Shown: positions 30,691 to 40,326 of the stretch, one piece after another
How positions within the stretch are numbered: the stretch's first letter is position 1
Layout: each line of letters starts with the position of its first letter
Source of the DNA: an uncultured Neisseria sp.
GTDB lineage: Bacteria > Pseudomonadota > Gammaproteobacteria > Burkholderiales > UBA11063
NCBI GenBank assembly: GCA_964611845.1
Contig: CAZTBH010000007.1
Span: forward strand, 16,739-80,738
Direction: 5' to 3'
Length of the DNA: 64,000 nt
Translations under genes and position numbers: made by a program
Notes under the pieces: model-generated
Databases searched by the model: none
Seen by the model: only the letters and a program-made list of their open reading frames with translations
Told to the model about the DNA's origin: nothing

Positions 30691-31464
30691 TTATTTTTCT
30701 TGCGCTAGAATTATCTGACGCACGCGCAATAAATCCTCAAGAGTATCTACTCCAGCAGCTGGCGCATGATTAGTCGTCATAACTGCAATTTTATAGCCAT
30801 TATATAAAGCCCGCAATTGTTCTAATGCCTCGACCTGTTCTAGTGGACAACCTGGTAATTGATTGTAAATATTCAAGAAGCTCACTTGGTAGGCGTAAAT
30901 TCCAATGTGACGTAATACATTCAGATGTTTTGGCAGTTCAACGTCATTAGCATTGTTAAATCCTTCTCGGTAATATGGAATTGGTGCTCGTGAAAAGTAA
31001 AGTGCCAGGTTGTCTTTATTGAGTACTACTTTTACTACGTTGGGGTTGAAGATTTCTTCTGGACTCAGAATCGGATGCGCAATTGTAGCAATTGAACTTC
31101 GTTTGGCAGCAATAAAGCTGGCCAATTGATTGATTAACTCAGGGTCAATTAGTGGTTCATCACCTTGAACGTTGACAATTATTTCGTCTTCAGGTAGCGC
31201 AAGTTGTTGAACCACTTCTGCAATACGGTCTGTTCCAGACTGGTGTTCCGTAGAAGTCATAATTACGTCAAGATTATGCCGTCTACAAACTGCAAAAATT
31301 TCCTCATGATCCGTAGCTACAACTACTCGTTTTGCTTTACTAATTGCGGCCTGATGTGCCACTCGAACAATTAGGGGTAAACCGACCACATCAAGCAACA
31401 TTTTACGCGGTAAACGGGTTGAACTCATCCTTGCTGGAATTACTACAGTGAAATCACTCATCAT
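30691..31464 (-). CDS. kdsB: 3-deoxy-manno-octulosonate cytidylyltransferase
   Basis: VIPARMSSTRLP.K, SGTDR, NVQGDEP, YFSRAPIP, LEQLRAL. Confidence 0.97.
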   Translation of the reverse strand: MMSDFTVVIPARMSSTRLPRKMLLDVVGLPLIVRVAHQAAISKAKRVVVATDHEEIFAVCRRHNLDVIMTSTEHQSGTDRIAEVVQQLALPEDEIIVNVQGDEPLIDPELINQLASFIAAKRSSIATIAHPILSPEEIFNPNVVKVVLNKDNLALYFSRAPIPYYREGFNNANDVELPKHLNVLRHIGIYAYQVSFLNIYNQLPGCPLEQVEALEQLRALYNGYKIAVMTTNHAPAAGVDTLEDLLRVRQIILAQEK

Positions 31465-31624
31465 CAATCTTTCTCGCTTGATCAATTAACATTACAGGAA
31501 TCCCATCGTCAATTTGATAGGCTAGTTTACATTTATGGCAAATCAACTCTTGTTCATTTTTATGATAATCAAGTTCTGCTTTGCATATTGGGCAAACCAG
31601 AATTTCCAATAATTTTGCTTCCAT
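31454..31624 (-). CDS. ycaR: Trm112-family small protein (56 aa; absent from the ORF track)
   Basis: Read by hand: MEAKLLEILVCPICKAELDYHKNEQELICHKCKLAYQIDDGIPVMLIDQARKIDDE. TGATG overlap with lpxK; canonical lpxK-ycaR-kdsB order. Confidence 0.93.
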   Translation of the reverse strand: MEAKLLEILVCPICKAELDYHKNEQELICHKCKLAYQIDDGIPVMLIDQARKIDDE

Positions 31625-32649
31625 CAGTTATGTTCCTTTTGAGTTAAGCGCACTATCTTCTCAAGTAACTGGTTATCATTTAATTTTGCATTAACTACCG
31701 TCACCCAAATATTTGTTGCGCTAAATTGAGCTAGCTTTGTATAATCTTTTTCAGTCGTTATTATCGCATATTGTGAACTAATATCGGATTTTAGATAGTG
31801 GTAATGATCAGGAAAAGCTTTCTGTTCACTGAGCTTTAATCCAAGATCTTTTAAATAGTTAAAAAAACGTGCGGGGTTACCAATTGCAGCGATTGCCATT
31901 AGTCGCTGGTTTTTCATTTCTTGAATCGTTGTGATTTGCTGCGTTTGTGGATTGTAGAAATGGACGAATTCTAACTTTTGATAATAAAGCGGTACAGGAT
32001 ATTGTGCCAAAATGCTCGTAAGTTTATCTTGGTTGGTATAACCGTTTATTACAATTGCATCAACGCTTTTTAATCGATTCATTGACTCACGTAGAGGGCC
32101 AAGAGGTAATAACTGTTGATTGCCAAACATTCTACTACTATCAACCACACAAATTTCCATATCTCGGTCGAGATAATAGTGTTGCATCCCGTCATCTGCA
32201 AGAATCAGTTGGGTCTCGGGGTATTCGCTAAGTAACAACTGTGCTGCAGCTACCCGTTTGCGACCAATAGCAACTCTAAATCCAGCTTGTGCATAAATCA
32301 TTGCTTCATCGCCTACTATAGCGCTTGAGTCAGTTGTTTTTACAATTAATTCCTTATCTGCGCTACCTTTGTAACCACGTAAAATTATTCCAACTTTAAT
32401 TCCTTTAGCAATTAAGTCTGTGGCTAATGCTTTGGTAAGAGGTGTTTTACCAGCACCTCCTACGCTGATATTACCAATTATGACAACGGGAATACCTATT
32501 TTAGTCTGGGTTTTCAATTTAAGTGTAAACAACCATCTACGAACTATAATGATAATAGCATAAATAATGCTAAATGGAAATAGCAGCAAAGCTAAATATG
32601 GGTTTACTTTATTGTACCAGTGCTGTTCTATAATGTGTTGAAGTTTCAT
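31624..32649 (-). CDS. lpxK: Tetraacyldisaccharide 4'-kinase
   Basis: IGNISVGGAGKTP, RGY, GDEA, DDGMQH, LLPLGPLRE, TTEKD. Confidence 0.96.
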   Translation of the reverse strand: MKLQHIIEQHWYNKVNPYLALLLFPFSIIYAIIIIVRRWLFTLKLKTQTKIGIPVVIIGNISVGGAGKTPLTKALATDLIAKGIKVGIILRGYKGSADKELIVKTTDSSAIVGDEAMIYAQAGFRVAIGRKRVAAAQLLLSEYPETQLILADDGMQHYYLDRDMEICVVDSSRMFGNQQLLPLGPLRESMNRLKSVDAIVINGYTNQDKLTSILAQYPVPLYYQKLEFVHFYNPQTQQITTIQEMKNQRLMAIAAIGNPARFFNYLKDLGLKLSEQKAFPDHYHYLKSDISSQYAIITTEKDYTKLAQFSATNIWVTVVNAKLNDNQLLEKIVRLTQKEHN

Positions 32650-32908
32650 ACGTTGCTATAATGATTTTCTCTAAGTTAATTCCGTATTTTACTTTATTTT
32701 AACATATGTTTCATAAGAATATAACCATTGTAATGCGTATCGTTACTATTTGATATGTACAGGTGCATTAGCCTGTCTTTGGATGTTAGTTTAATTACGG
32801 TTAATTAACCTAGGCAATATAATTTCTGACTTGTGGTCGAGTATAGTAAAGCATTTATAATCTGGTAATGATAAAATACTTGTTTGTAGTGTGAAAATTG
32901 GGGGCGTT

Positions 32909-33373
32909 ATGTGGCAAACACATATAACAGTTGCGGCTGTAATTGAACATAAGAATAAATTTTTGTTAGTTAGCGATAGTACTTCACAAGGGATTAAGCT
33001 TAATCAGCCAGCAGGTCATTTGGAAGTCAATGAAGATTTGCTTGCAGCAATAGTTCGCGAGGTAAAAGAAGAGTCGTCAATGGATTTTGTACCTACGGGG
33101 ATTATTGGGATATATTTGTATCATCCCAATCCAGAACAGACTTATCTAAGAATTTGTTTTTCAGGTAGTTTGCTTGATTATGATCAAGTACCTTGTCCTG
33201 CAGCAGACGATGATGGCGTAATTGCCGCGGATTGGTATGATTTAACCACTATTCAAAAGCGCATAGGTGAGCATCGCAGCCAATTAGTAAAGCAATGTAT
33301 CGATGATTATTTGAGTGGGCAATTATTTTCATTAAGTATGCTTCATAACATAACTTCAAGTATACAAAATTAA
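32909..33373 (+). CDS. nudJ: NUDIX hydrolase (NudJ-like)
   Basis: [23 protein letters not shown]; lies directly upstream of mnmA. Confidence 0.85.
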   Translation: MWQTHITVAAVIEHKNKFLLVSDSTSQGIKLNQPAGHLEVNEDLLAAIVREVKEESSMDFVPTGIIGIYLYHPNPEQTYLRICFSGSLLDYDQVPCPAADDDGVIAADWYDLTTIQKRIGEHRSQLVKQCIDDYLSGQLFSLSMLHNITSSIQN

Positions 33374-33384
33374 ATTGGATTGAA

Positions 33385-34443
33385 ATGACTAAAGTAGTGG
33401 TTGGAATGTCTGGAGGGGTTGATTCTTCGGTTGCTGCATATTTATTAAAGCAGCAAGGTTACGAAGTGATCGGTATTTTCATGCAAAACTGGGAAGATGA
33501 CAATAATGATGGTTATTGTACTATCAAAGAAGATAGTATGGATGCTATTGCAGTTGCTGATATTCTAGGTATTGAAATAGAAATTGTTAATTTTGCTAAA
33601 GAATACAAAGAGCGTGTATTTAGCTATTTTTTAGCCGAATATCAGGCGGGACGTACTCCAAACCCAGATATTCTATGTAATTCTGAGATAAAATTTAAAG
33701 CTTTTTTGGAACATGCCCTAAACTTAGGGGCAGAGTATGTAGCAACTGGGCATTATGTCGATAAGCAAGTGTCTCAGCATGGTGAAGTATTGCTTAGAGC
33801 TACGGATAACAATAAAGATCAGAGCTACTTTCTTTATCGGCTTAATCAGTACCAGGTTTCACATTCACTATTTCCTTTAGGCAAGATGTGTAAGCCTGAA
33901 GTTCGTAGGATTGCGGCTGAACTAAATTTACCTAATGCCAGTAAAAAAGATAGTACTGGGATTTGTTTTATCGGTGAACGGCCATTTAGAGAGTTTTTAC
34001 AGCAATATATGCCGATTAAGTCTGGCAAAATGGTGACTCCAAATGGTAAAATAGTTGGTGAACATCAAGGCTTAATGTACTACACTATAGGGCAGCGCAA
34101 AGGTTTAGGTATTGGTGGACAAGGTGATCCATGGTTTGTTGCCGATAAGAATTTGTCTACCAATGAACTAATTGTAGTACAAGGACATCAGCATCCGATG
34201 CTACTAAAGCAAACTTTGCGTGCTGTGCAGCTTAGTTTTGGACAAGGTTTACTACCTGCTTTAGGTAATTACACGGCCAAGACACGTTATCGAATGCAGG
34301 ATGCGGCATGCCAACTAAGTTATGTAAATGAAGATTGTATTGAGCTAAGCTTTACTGAACCGCAATGGGCTATCACACCAGGGCAGTCAGTGGTGATTTA
34401 TGATGGCAAACTATGTTTGGGCGGTGGAATTATTATTTCATAA
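33385..34443 (+). CDS. mnmA: tRNA 2-thiouridine(34) synthase
   Basis: [42 protein letters not shown]. Confidence 0.98.
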   Translation: MTKVVVGMSGGVDSSVAAYLLKQQGYEVIGIFMQNWEDDNNDGYCTIKEDSMDAIAVADILGIEIEIVNFAKEYKERVFSYFLAEYQAGRTPNPDILCNSEIKFKAFLEHALNLGAEYVATGHYVDKQVSQHGEVLLRATDNNKDQSYFLYRLNQYQVSHSLFPLGKMCKPEVRRIAAELNLPNASKKDSTGICFIGERPFREFLQQYMPIKSGKMVTPNGKIVGEHQGLMYYTIGQRKGLGIGGQGDPWFVADKNLSTNELIVVQGHQHPMLLKQTLRAVQLSFGQGLLPALGNYTAKTRYRMQDAACQLSYVNEDCIELSFTEPQWAITPGQSVVIYDGKLCLGGGIIIS

Positions 34444-34596
34444 GTAATGTATTGTTTTAAACATCGGTTATCTGTGGAATGGGCTGTTTTTTGCTAGCAA
34501 AAATAAAGAAAGTTGTTTGTATAGTAATGATATTCAGGATCGTTTTTCTCCAATGAGAATATCAAAAACTTCGGTAGGGTATTCAGTAAAAGATAA

Positions 34597-34872
34597 TCCC
34601 TTAAACGTGCTAATGAGCAATGGCGGCTTGATGTTCCAGTTGATCTTGGTCTGTCGTCGATAAATATTGGCAATATGCTCGAAACAGTAACGGAAGGTTA
34701 TTATAAATCGACATTACATCAGATAATTAATCCACTTGACGGAACACATCATAATTCTAGGTATTCAATTCCACTGTTTTTACATCCTCGTGATGATGTA
34801 AAATTAACTGCTGAAAAAACAGCTGGGGAATTTTTAGATGAGAGATTAAGAACACTCGGTGTAAAGAAATAA
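34597..34872 (+). pseudogene. C-terminal remnant of an isopenicillin-N-synthase-like 2OG-Fe(II) oxygenase
   Basis: In-frame W.LDVP..INIGNML...STLH.IINP...SRYSIPLFLHP; upstream stop at 34594, no N-terminal half and no HxD motif. Confidence 0.75.
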
Positions 34873-34934
34873 AACCCCGTATTGTGGATGTGTTTAAGTA
34901 CAAATATAATTAATTTTTGAATTAAAGGGAACTA

Positions 34935-35138
34935 ATGAAAAATACTAAATATGTATCTGAAGCAACGACTTTTATTAATGGCTTATTAAATAAACCAGGG
35001 AATCATGAGCAGCAAATGAAATTGCGCAGTACTTGGTGGGATACTGAGTTCCGCGATCAAAATGAGATGAAACATGCCGCTGAGTCTGAAGTAAAACATG
35101 ACGCGTATGTTTATTTTAGTTATAGTCAAAATAAATAA
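34935..35138 (+). CDS. Small conserved protein, DUF3460-like
   Basis: YVSE.T.F...L, R..WWD, YVY pattern; RBS aaggga. Confidence 0.65.
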   Translation: MKNTKYVSEATTFINGLLNKPGNHEQQMKLRSTWWDTEFRDQNEMKHAAESEVKHDAYVYFSYSQNK

Positions 35139-35804
35139 ATGCAAAAGGGAGCTTTAACACCAGATCTACATAAATACTGTGTAGATTATGGCGTTCGTGA
35201 ACATGTTTTGCTACGTGAGCTTAGATTAGAAAGTGACAAGTTAAGTAATTCACAAATGTTAATAAGTCCAGATCAGGGTGCATTTATGGCGCAGCTGGCG
35301 AGGCTTATGTCTGCCAAAAGTTATTTAGAGATAGGTATTTTTACTGGTTATAGTGCATTATGGATGGCATTGGCGATGCCTAATGATGCTAAAATAACGG
35401 CTTTGGACATTAACGATAGACATTTACAAGCTGCTAATGCTTACTGGCAACGCGCAGGTGTTATAGAAAAAATCAGCACAATAATTGCGCCAGCAACGGA
35501 GAGTCTAGCAATCTTGCAACAAGCTGGTCATGTTTATGATATTGCATTTATTGATGCGAATAAGTCGGAGTATGTGGATTATTACGAAGCTTGTTTGCGT
35601 TTGGTAAGGCCAGGTGGTTTGATTATAATTGATAATGTCTTAATGTATGGTCAAGTCTTGGAAGATAATCCACGTAAAAACTATGTTAGAGTGCTACAAG
35701 AACTAAATGATCTAATTTATCATGATGATCGGGTAGATATTTGTATGTTGGCAATCGGGGATGGAATGACTCTGGCGCGAAAAAAGGATTTTTATGAAGC
35801 GTAG
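35139..35804 (+). CDS. Cation-dependent O-methyltransferase (CCoAOMT/COMT-like)
   Basis: ISPDQG, LEIGIFTGYS, FIDANK, DNVL, IGDGMT. Confidence 0.92.
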   Translation: MQKGALTPDLHKYCVDYGVREHVLLRELRLESDKLSNSQMLISPDQGAFMAQLARLMSAKSYLEIGIFTGYSALWMALAMPNDAKITALDINDRHLQAANAYWQRAGVIEKISTIIAPATESLAILQQAGHVYDIAFIDANKSEYVDYYEACLRLVRPGGLIIIDNVLMYGQVLEDNPRKNYVRVLQELNDLIYHDDRVDICMLAIGDGMTLARKKDFYEA

Positions 35805-36204
35805 AATTAGACGAAATAAATTACAAAGTCAAATGAACGTAGTACCGTATATTGACGTAATGTTGGTATTACTGGTTATTTTTATGATAACGGCACCAAT
35901 GTTTACACCTGGTGTTATTAATCTACCAAGTGTTGGTAAAGCTTCACAGGTAACCAAGCAACCTTTGGAAATAAATATTGATTCAAGTGGAAACTATACA
36001 ATAACTCAAAATAATAAAAATATTCCTGTTGCATCGCTGACCGACTTGGTTAGTAAAGCGGTAACGATGGCAACTGACGACACTCCTGTGGTAATTTCTG
36101 CAGATAAAGAAGTTCAATATGACAAAGTAATCTCGGTTGTTGACAAATTATATAGTTCCGGGATCAAGAAAGTAGCATTGGTAGTTAAACAAAAAAATGG
36201 TTAA
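35794..36204 (+). CDS. tolR: TolR
   Basis: NVVPYIDVMLVLLVIFM, ADK.V.Y; followed by tolA and tolB. Confidence 0.9.
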   Translation: MKRRIRRNKLQSQMNVVPYIDVMLVLLVIFMITAPMFTPGVINLPSVGKASQVTKQPLEINIDSSGNYTITQNNKNIPVASLTDLVSKAVTMATDDTPVVISADKEVQYDKVISVVDKLYSSGIKKVALVVKQKNG

Positions 36205-36964
36205 ACAGCAAACAAAAGCCAGCACAATAATATCGTTATCTTTACATATCGGAGTGGTTGTGCTGTTGTTGATTTTTGGTAAGCCTATTTCGATTTTGGT
36301 ACCATCGCGTTCAGATGGAATTGAAGTTAGTCTGGTTTCGATGCCTAATCAGAACGTGCAAGCTTATCAACCGCAAATAAAAGCTCCGCCGGCTCCGATT
36401 AAAGTTATGGATACGCCTGCAGATATTAATGTCAAACAACAGAATCAGGCACAGCCTAAACCGACGCCTAAAGCAGAACAGCCAAAAGTTGATCCTAAGC
36501 TTGCAAAAGCAGCAGAACATACAGATAATACTAAAGCACCAGCACCAACGAATAACAAAGCTAAACTAGTTAATAAAAAAGTACAGGTAAACGATTTACT
36601 TGGTGATGTATTGTCTGAGAATACTACCTCGGTACGTAAAGGGAAGGCTCTGGGTGGTAATCCTAATGGTACCAGCGATAGCAATAATTTGATCGGGAAT
36701 TATGCTGATCAAGTTATCAATGCCGTACGTCCATTTGTATTAATTCCAGATGATGTAAATCCTAAAGCCAAAGCAATTGTTAAAGTTGTTTTAAATCCCA
36801 ATTTGAGCGTTCGCAGCGTAAGTTTGATTAAATCAAGCGGTAATGCCCAATATGATCAGAATGTTCAAAGTGCAATTATGCGACTTAAAGTATTTCCGCC
36901 ATTGCCGGATAATGCCAATTATGTCGATTTCAGAATTTTAAATTTAACCTTTAGACCTCAATAA
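36197..36964 (+). CDS. tolA: TolA-like energy transducer
   Basis: TM segment with S..LH, Pro/Lys/Ala-rich linker, C-terminal TonB_2 domain (SSGN..YD..V..AI). Confidence 0.82.
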   Translation: MVKQQTKASTIISLSLHIGVVVLLLIFGKPISILVPSRSDGIEVSLVSMPNQNVQAYQPQIKAPPAPIKVMDTPADINVKQQNQAQPKPTPKAEQPKVDPKLAKAAEHTDNTKAPAPTNNKAKLVNKKVQVNDLLGDVLSENTTSVRKGKALGGNPNGTSDSNNLIGNYADQVINAVRPFVLIPDDVNPKAKAIVKVVLNPNLSVRSVSLIKSSGNAQYDQNVQSAIMRLKVFPPLPDNANYVDFRILNLTFRPQ

Positions 36965-36983
36965 ATCAAGGAGTTACAAGTCT

Positions 36984-38234
36984 ATGAAAATGCTTAACCT
37001 TTCAATAAATAAAAAATTATTACTAATCCTAAGCGTGGGTTTTAGTTTTGTATATGCCGATCAAAATATTGAAATTGTCGGTGGAAATAGCGCAGGAAAT
37101 CCTAAACTTGCTGTAGTTAATTTTACTAATGAAGATGGTTCGGTTAGTGATGAAATAACTAGTGATTTTAAAATTACTGGCGAGTTTAATGTTCTTAATT
37201 ATGTTAATAGCAGTGCAGTTGAGAGTGGCGCTCAATATACCATTAGTGGAAGTGTTAGTAGTGATCCGGTAAGTGGGCAAATGCAGATTGAATATCAATT
37301 GCTTAATAATACAACTAATCAAGTTTTATTGAGTCAAACGGCAGCATTTAATAAGAAATTCCAACGTAAAGCAATTCATGCAATTGACGATAATATTTAT
37401 AAAAAATTAACCAATACACCTAGTGCATTTACTTCTAAAGTGGCCTTGGCTGTTCAACAAGGTGCAGGTAAGTATGCGGTAGTTTTGGCGGATTATGATG
37501 GATATAACCCTAAAACTTTAATTTCAATGGCGCATCCAATTACATCCTTGGCTTGGGATAATAGTGGGAATTACCTTAGCTATGTTACGTATGAAACAGG
37601 AAAGCCTGTAGTTTATGTACAGAATATTAAAGCAGGAACGCGCTATGTAGTAGCAAACTTCAATGGTTCAAATTCTTCACCTGCTTTTACGCCTAATTCA
37701 CAAAAATTAGCGGTTACATTAAGTAAAGATTATGGTTCACATGTTTATCTAGTAAATAATCAACGCTATACCTCAGCAAGTGGCGCCATTCCTTTGGTTA
37801 ACTTTGGAACTATTGACACAGAAGCTGATATTTCCAATACCGGAAAAGTTGTGTTTACTTCTGATCATGATGGAGGTCCACAAATTTTCATAACAGACTT
37901 AAATGGCTCAGCTCCAATGCGAGTAACTAATGGTTTGGGTAAATATAATACAACTGCGCGTTTTTCTAATGATGCAAGCAAAATTACGTTTATAAATCGT
38001 AATAGTGGTGTATTGCAAGCGTATGTGTTGGATTTGGTAACGCAATCGGCGTATCCTATCAGCCAGAACGCAAACCATGATATTGCACCAAGTTTTGCAC
38101 CAAATGATAAATTAATTATGTTCTCTAGTGATAATAGTGTATATATCAGTAATATAACTGGGACGACTCAAACTAAACTAAATAATTTAAATTATGGACA
38201 AGTTATTGATCAACGCTGGTCAAAAAATTTCTAA
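36984..38234 (+). CDS. tolB: Tol-Pal beta-propeller protein TolB
   Basis: ADYDG, F.GSNSSPAF.P, FTSD..G.PQI, PSFAPN repeats. Confidence 0.92.
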   Translation: MKMLNLSINKKLLLILSVGFSFVYADQNIEIVGGNSAGNPKLAVVNFTNEDGSVSDEITSDFKITGEFNVLNYVNSSAVESGAQYTISGSVSSDPVSGQMQIEYQLLNNTTNQVLLSQTAAFNKKFQRKAIHAIDDNIYKKLTNTPSAFTSKVALAVQQGAGKYAVVLADYDGYNPKTLISMAHPITSLAWDNSGNYLSYVTYETGKPVVYVQNIKAGTRYVVANFNGSNSSPAFTPNSQKLAVTLSKDYGSHVYLVNNQRYTSASGAIPLVNFGTIDTEADISNTGKVVFTSDHDGGPQIFITDLNGSAPMRVTNGLGKYNTTARFSNDASKITFINRNSGVLQAYVLDLVTQSAYPISQNANHDIAPSFAPNDKLIMFSSDNSVYISNITGTTQTKLNNLNYGQVIDQRWSKNF

Positions 38235-38246
38235 CTATCTGTAAAC

Positions 38247-38275
38247 TTGGCATAAAGTTGATTTTGTAGTATAAT
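38247..38275 (+). promoter_or_regulatory. Sigma70-like promoter
   Basis: TTGGCA-17 nt-TATAAT upstream of 38311. Confidence 0.6.
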
Positions 38276-38310
38276 ATCACGTTATTTAAATGTAGTAAAG
38301 GAACATTCTA

Positions 38311-38898
38311 ATGTTAAATAAAATATTGATCTTAGCATTGTCATCTATTGCCGTTAGCGTTTATGCAGATGAAACCGCAGCTTCAGGTTCAACATCAGGC
38401 TACGTGCAGGCTGAGCATAGTAAGGCTGAAAGCCAAGGCGATAATCAAAAAACTAGTTTTGATGCAAATAAAACCGCTGGCTCAGCACAGGTAAATAGTC
38501 CGACTGTTAGTTCTATTGCGTATAGTGGGGCACAATTTCCTCAGCAAAACCAGTTAACTGGTAAAGCAGGGCAAAAGTATAGCTCCAGCTATCCAAAGAG
38601 CACACATTCTAAGAATAAAACTAAGAGTTTTGATAATAATAATACTGATAATTCAAATCAGGAAAATAGCCCAACGGTTAATTCAATGTTGTATAGTGGT
38701 GCACAATTCCCACAACAAAATGCAATTACCACTAGCAAAGTTAAAAATCCTAATAGTGCTGGAAGTGGCAGTAAACCGGTTAATAATCCAACTGTAAATT
38801 CACGTTTATCTAGCGCAAACATGTTCCCGCAACAAAATACGTTTAATAACGACGGCAAAAGTGGTAATAATAAACCAACCTCTAGTTCTGGAATGTGA
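38311..38898 (+). CDS. Secreted low-complexity protein with three 19-aa repeats
   Basis: Signal peptide (VYA-D), RBS aaagga, repeats NSPTVSSIAYSGAQFPQQN / NSPTVNSMLYSGAQFPQQN / NNPTVNSRLSSANMFPQQN. Confidence 0.85.
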   Translation: MLNKILILALSSIAVSVYADETAASGSTSGYVQAEHSKAESQGDNQKTSFDANKTAGSAQVNSPTVSSIAYSGAQFPQQNQLTGKAGQKYSSSYPKSTHSKNKTKSFDNNNTDNSNQENSPTVNSMLYSGAQFPQQNAITTSKVKNPNSAGSGSKPVNNPTVNSRLSSANMFPQQNTFNNDGKSGNNKPTSSSGM

Positions 38899-38909
38899 TA
38901 ATCTTAATG

Positions 38910-38938
38910 TTTACAGCCGTAATAAAATCGTGTATAAT
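38910..38938 (+). promoter_or_regulatory. Sigma70-like promoter for pal-cpoB
   Basis: TTTACA-17 nt-TATAAT. Confidence 0.62.
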
Positions 38939-38990
38939 CACGCTTAGAGGCTTTATAAAATTTACTTAACCCCTGAAAGGAAACTTAAAT

Positions 38991-39542
38991 ATGAAAAAAT
39001 TATTAGCTCTGGTTATTGCTGGTAGTGCATTGGTAGCATGTTCTTCTAACAAAGCTCCAGTAGAAGCTCCAGTTGCATCTGCTCCAGTTGCAGCTCCAGT
39101 TGCGTCTGCTCCAGTTGTATCTAATCACAATAGCGTATACTTCGCATTCAATAAATATGATATTAAAGATGATTACGCTGGTGTTGTGAAAGCTAATGGA
39201 AGCTACTTGGCTGCAAATGCTGCTGCTAAAGTACAAGTACAAGGTAATACTGATGATATCGGTTCTGTTGAGTACAATTTGTCATTAGGTCAAAAACGTG
39301 CTGATGCAGTTAAAAAAGCTTTGATTGCTACAGGTGCTAGCAAAGCTCAAGTTGAGGCTACTTCTAATGGTAAATTAAAAGCTAAATATGCTAACGATAC
39401 TTCAGAAGCTCGTGCTATGAATCGTCGTGCTGATATTACTTATAAAGCAGCTCAACCAGCTGGTTACTCTGAAGATAGCAATGGTTTACCAATGGTTGAC
39501 AGTAGCGTTTACAATGGTACTGTTGCTCAAGGTGTTGAATAA
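38991..39542 (+). CDS. pal: Peptidoglycan-associated lipoprotein
   Basis: Lipobox LVAC, OmpA-like domain (VYFAF, GNTD..GS.EYN..LGQKRA, NRR), APVA repeats after the Cys. Confidence 0.92.
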   Translation: MKKLLALVIAGSALVACSSNKAPVEAPVASAPVAAPVASAPVVSNHNSVYFAFNKYDIKDDYAGVVKANGSYLAANAAAKVQVQGNTDDIGSVEYNLSLGQKRADAVKKALIATGASKAQVEATSNGKLKAKYANDTSEARAMNRRADITYKAAQPAGYSEDSNGLPMVDSSVYNGTVAQGVE

Positions 39543-39544
39543 CC

Positions 39545-40276
39545 ATGAAAAAAAGTTTGTTGACGATTTTAGGATTGTCAGCAAACCTTTTTCTAACAGG
39601 TTGTGCTGATGATCAAGCACGTCAGCAGATAGCGGACACTAATCAACGCTTGAATCAAATCCAACAAAATGTTGGTGTTCTAGATAATAAAGTCTCTAAT
39701 CAGAAAATGCTGGATTTGCTCAATCAGGTTAATGACTTACAAAGTCAGATTAACCAGTTAAATGGTCGTGTGACTAACTTGGAGCAAGGTCAAGGCAATG
39801 CTCAAGGTGATGCAGGTCAACAACTGCAATCTCTTGATTTGCGAGTTCAGGCCTTGGAGAGTGCTATTGGTGGTTCTCCTGCTGTTGTTCGTAGTGCTAA
39901 AGCTCCGCAAAGCACGATGAATCCTCAGTTACAGGATGCAATTAAGAAAATCCAAGCCAATAATATTGCTCCGGCAATCACTGAGTTACAGGCGATTATT
40001 GCAAGTGGTGATAAAAACTCTGCTGCTAGTGCTCGTTATTTCTTGTCTGTGGCGTATGTAGCAAATAGTCAGTATAAAGAGGCTATCAGTGAAGCGAATA
40101 AATTCATTGCTACTAACTCAAACAACAAATACGTTCCTGATGCTATGCGAGTAGTTTACATCTCTCAAACTCAATTAGGAAATACTACAGCGGCCAATGC
40201 CACTGCTAAAAAACTAATCAAAAGTTTTCCTAATAGTGAAGCTGCTAAAAAAGTTGCCAAACAACTCCAGCAATAA
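39545..40276 (+). CDS. cpoB: Cell division coordinator CpoB/YbgF
   Basis: Coiled coil plus TPR C-terminus (A.Y.L, VPDAM, FPNSEAA); follows pal; lipobox-like LTGC. Confidence 0.85.
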   Translation: MKKSLLTILGLSANLFLTGCADDQARQQIADTNQRLNQIQQNVGVLDNKVSNQKMLDLLNQVNDLQSQINQLNGRVTNLEQGQGNAQGDAGQQLQSLDLRVQALESAIGGSPAVVRSAKAPQSTMNPQLQDAIKKIQANNIAPAITELQAIIASGDKNSAASARYFLSVAYVANSQYKEAISEANKFIATNSNNKYVPDAMRVVYISQTQLGNTTAANATAKKLIKSFPNSEAAKKVAKQLQQ

Positions 40277-40280
40277 TATA

Positions 40281-40305
40281 AAAACTCAAGCTATGCTTGA
40301 GTTTT
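40281..40305 (+). terminator. Intrinsic terminator
   Basis: aaaactcaagc-tat-gcttgagtttt. Confidence 0.8.
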
Positions 40306-40326
40306 CTTTTGTTTAAAAGTTAATCT

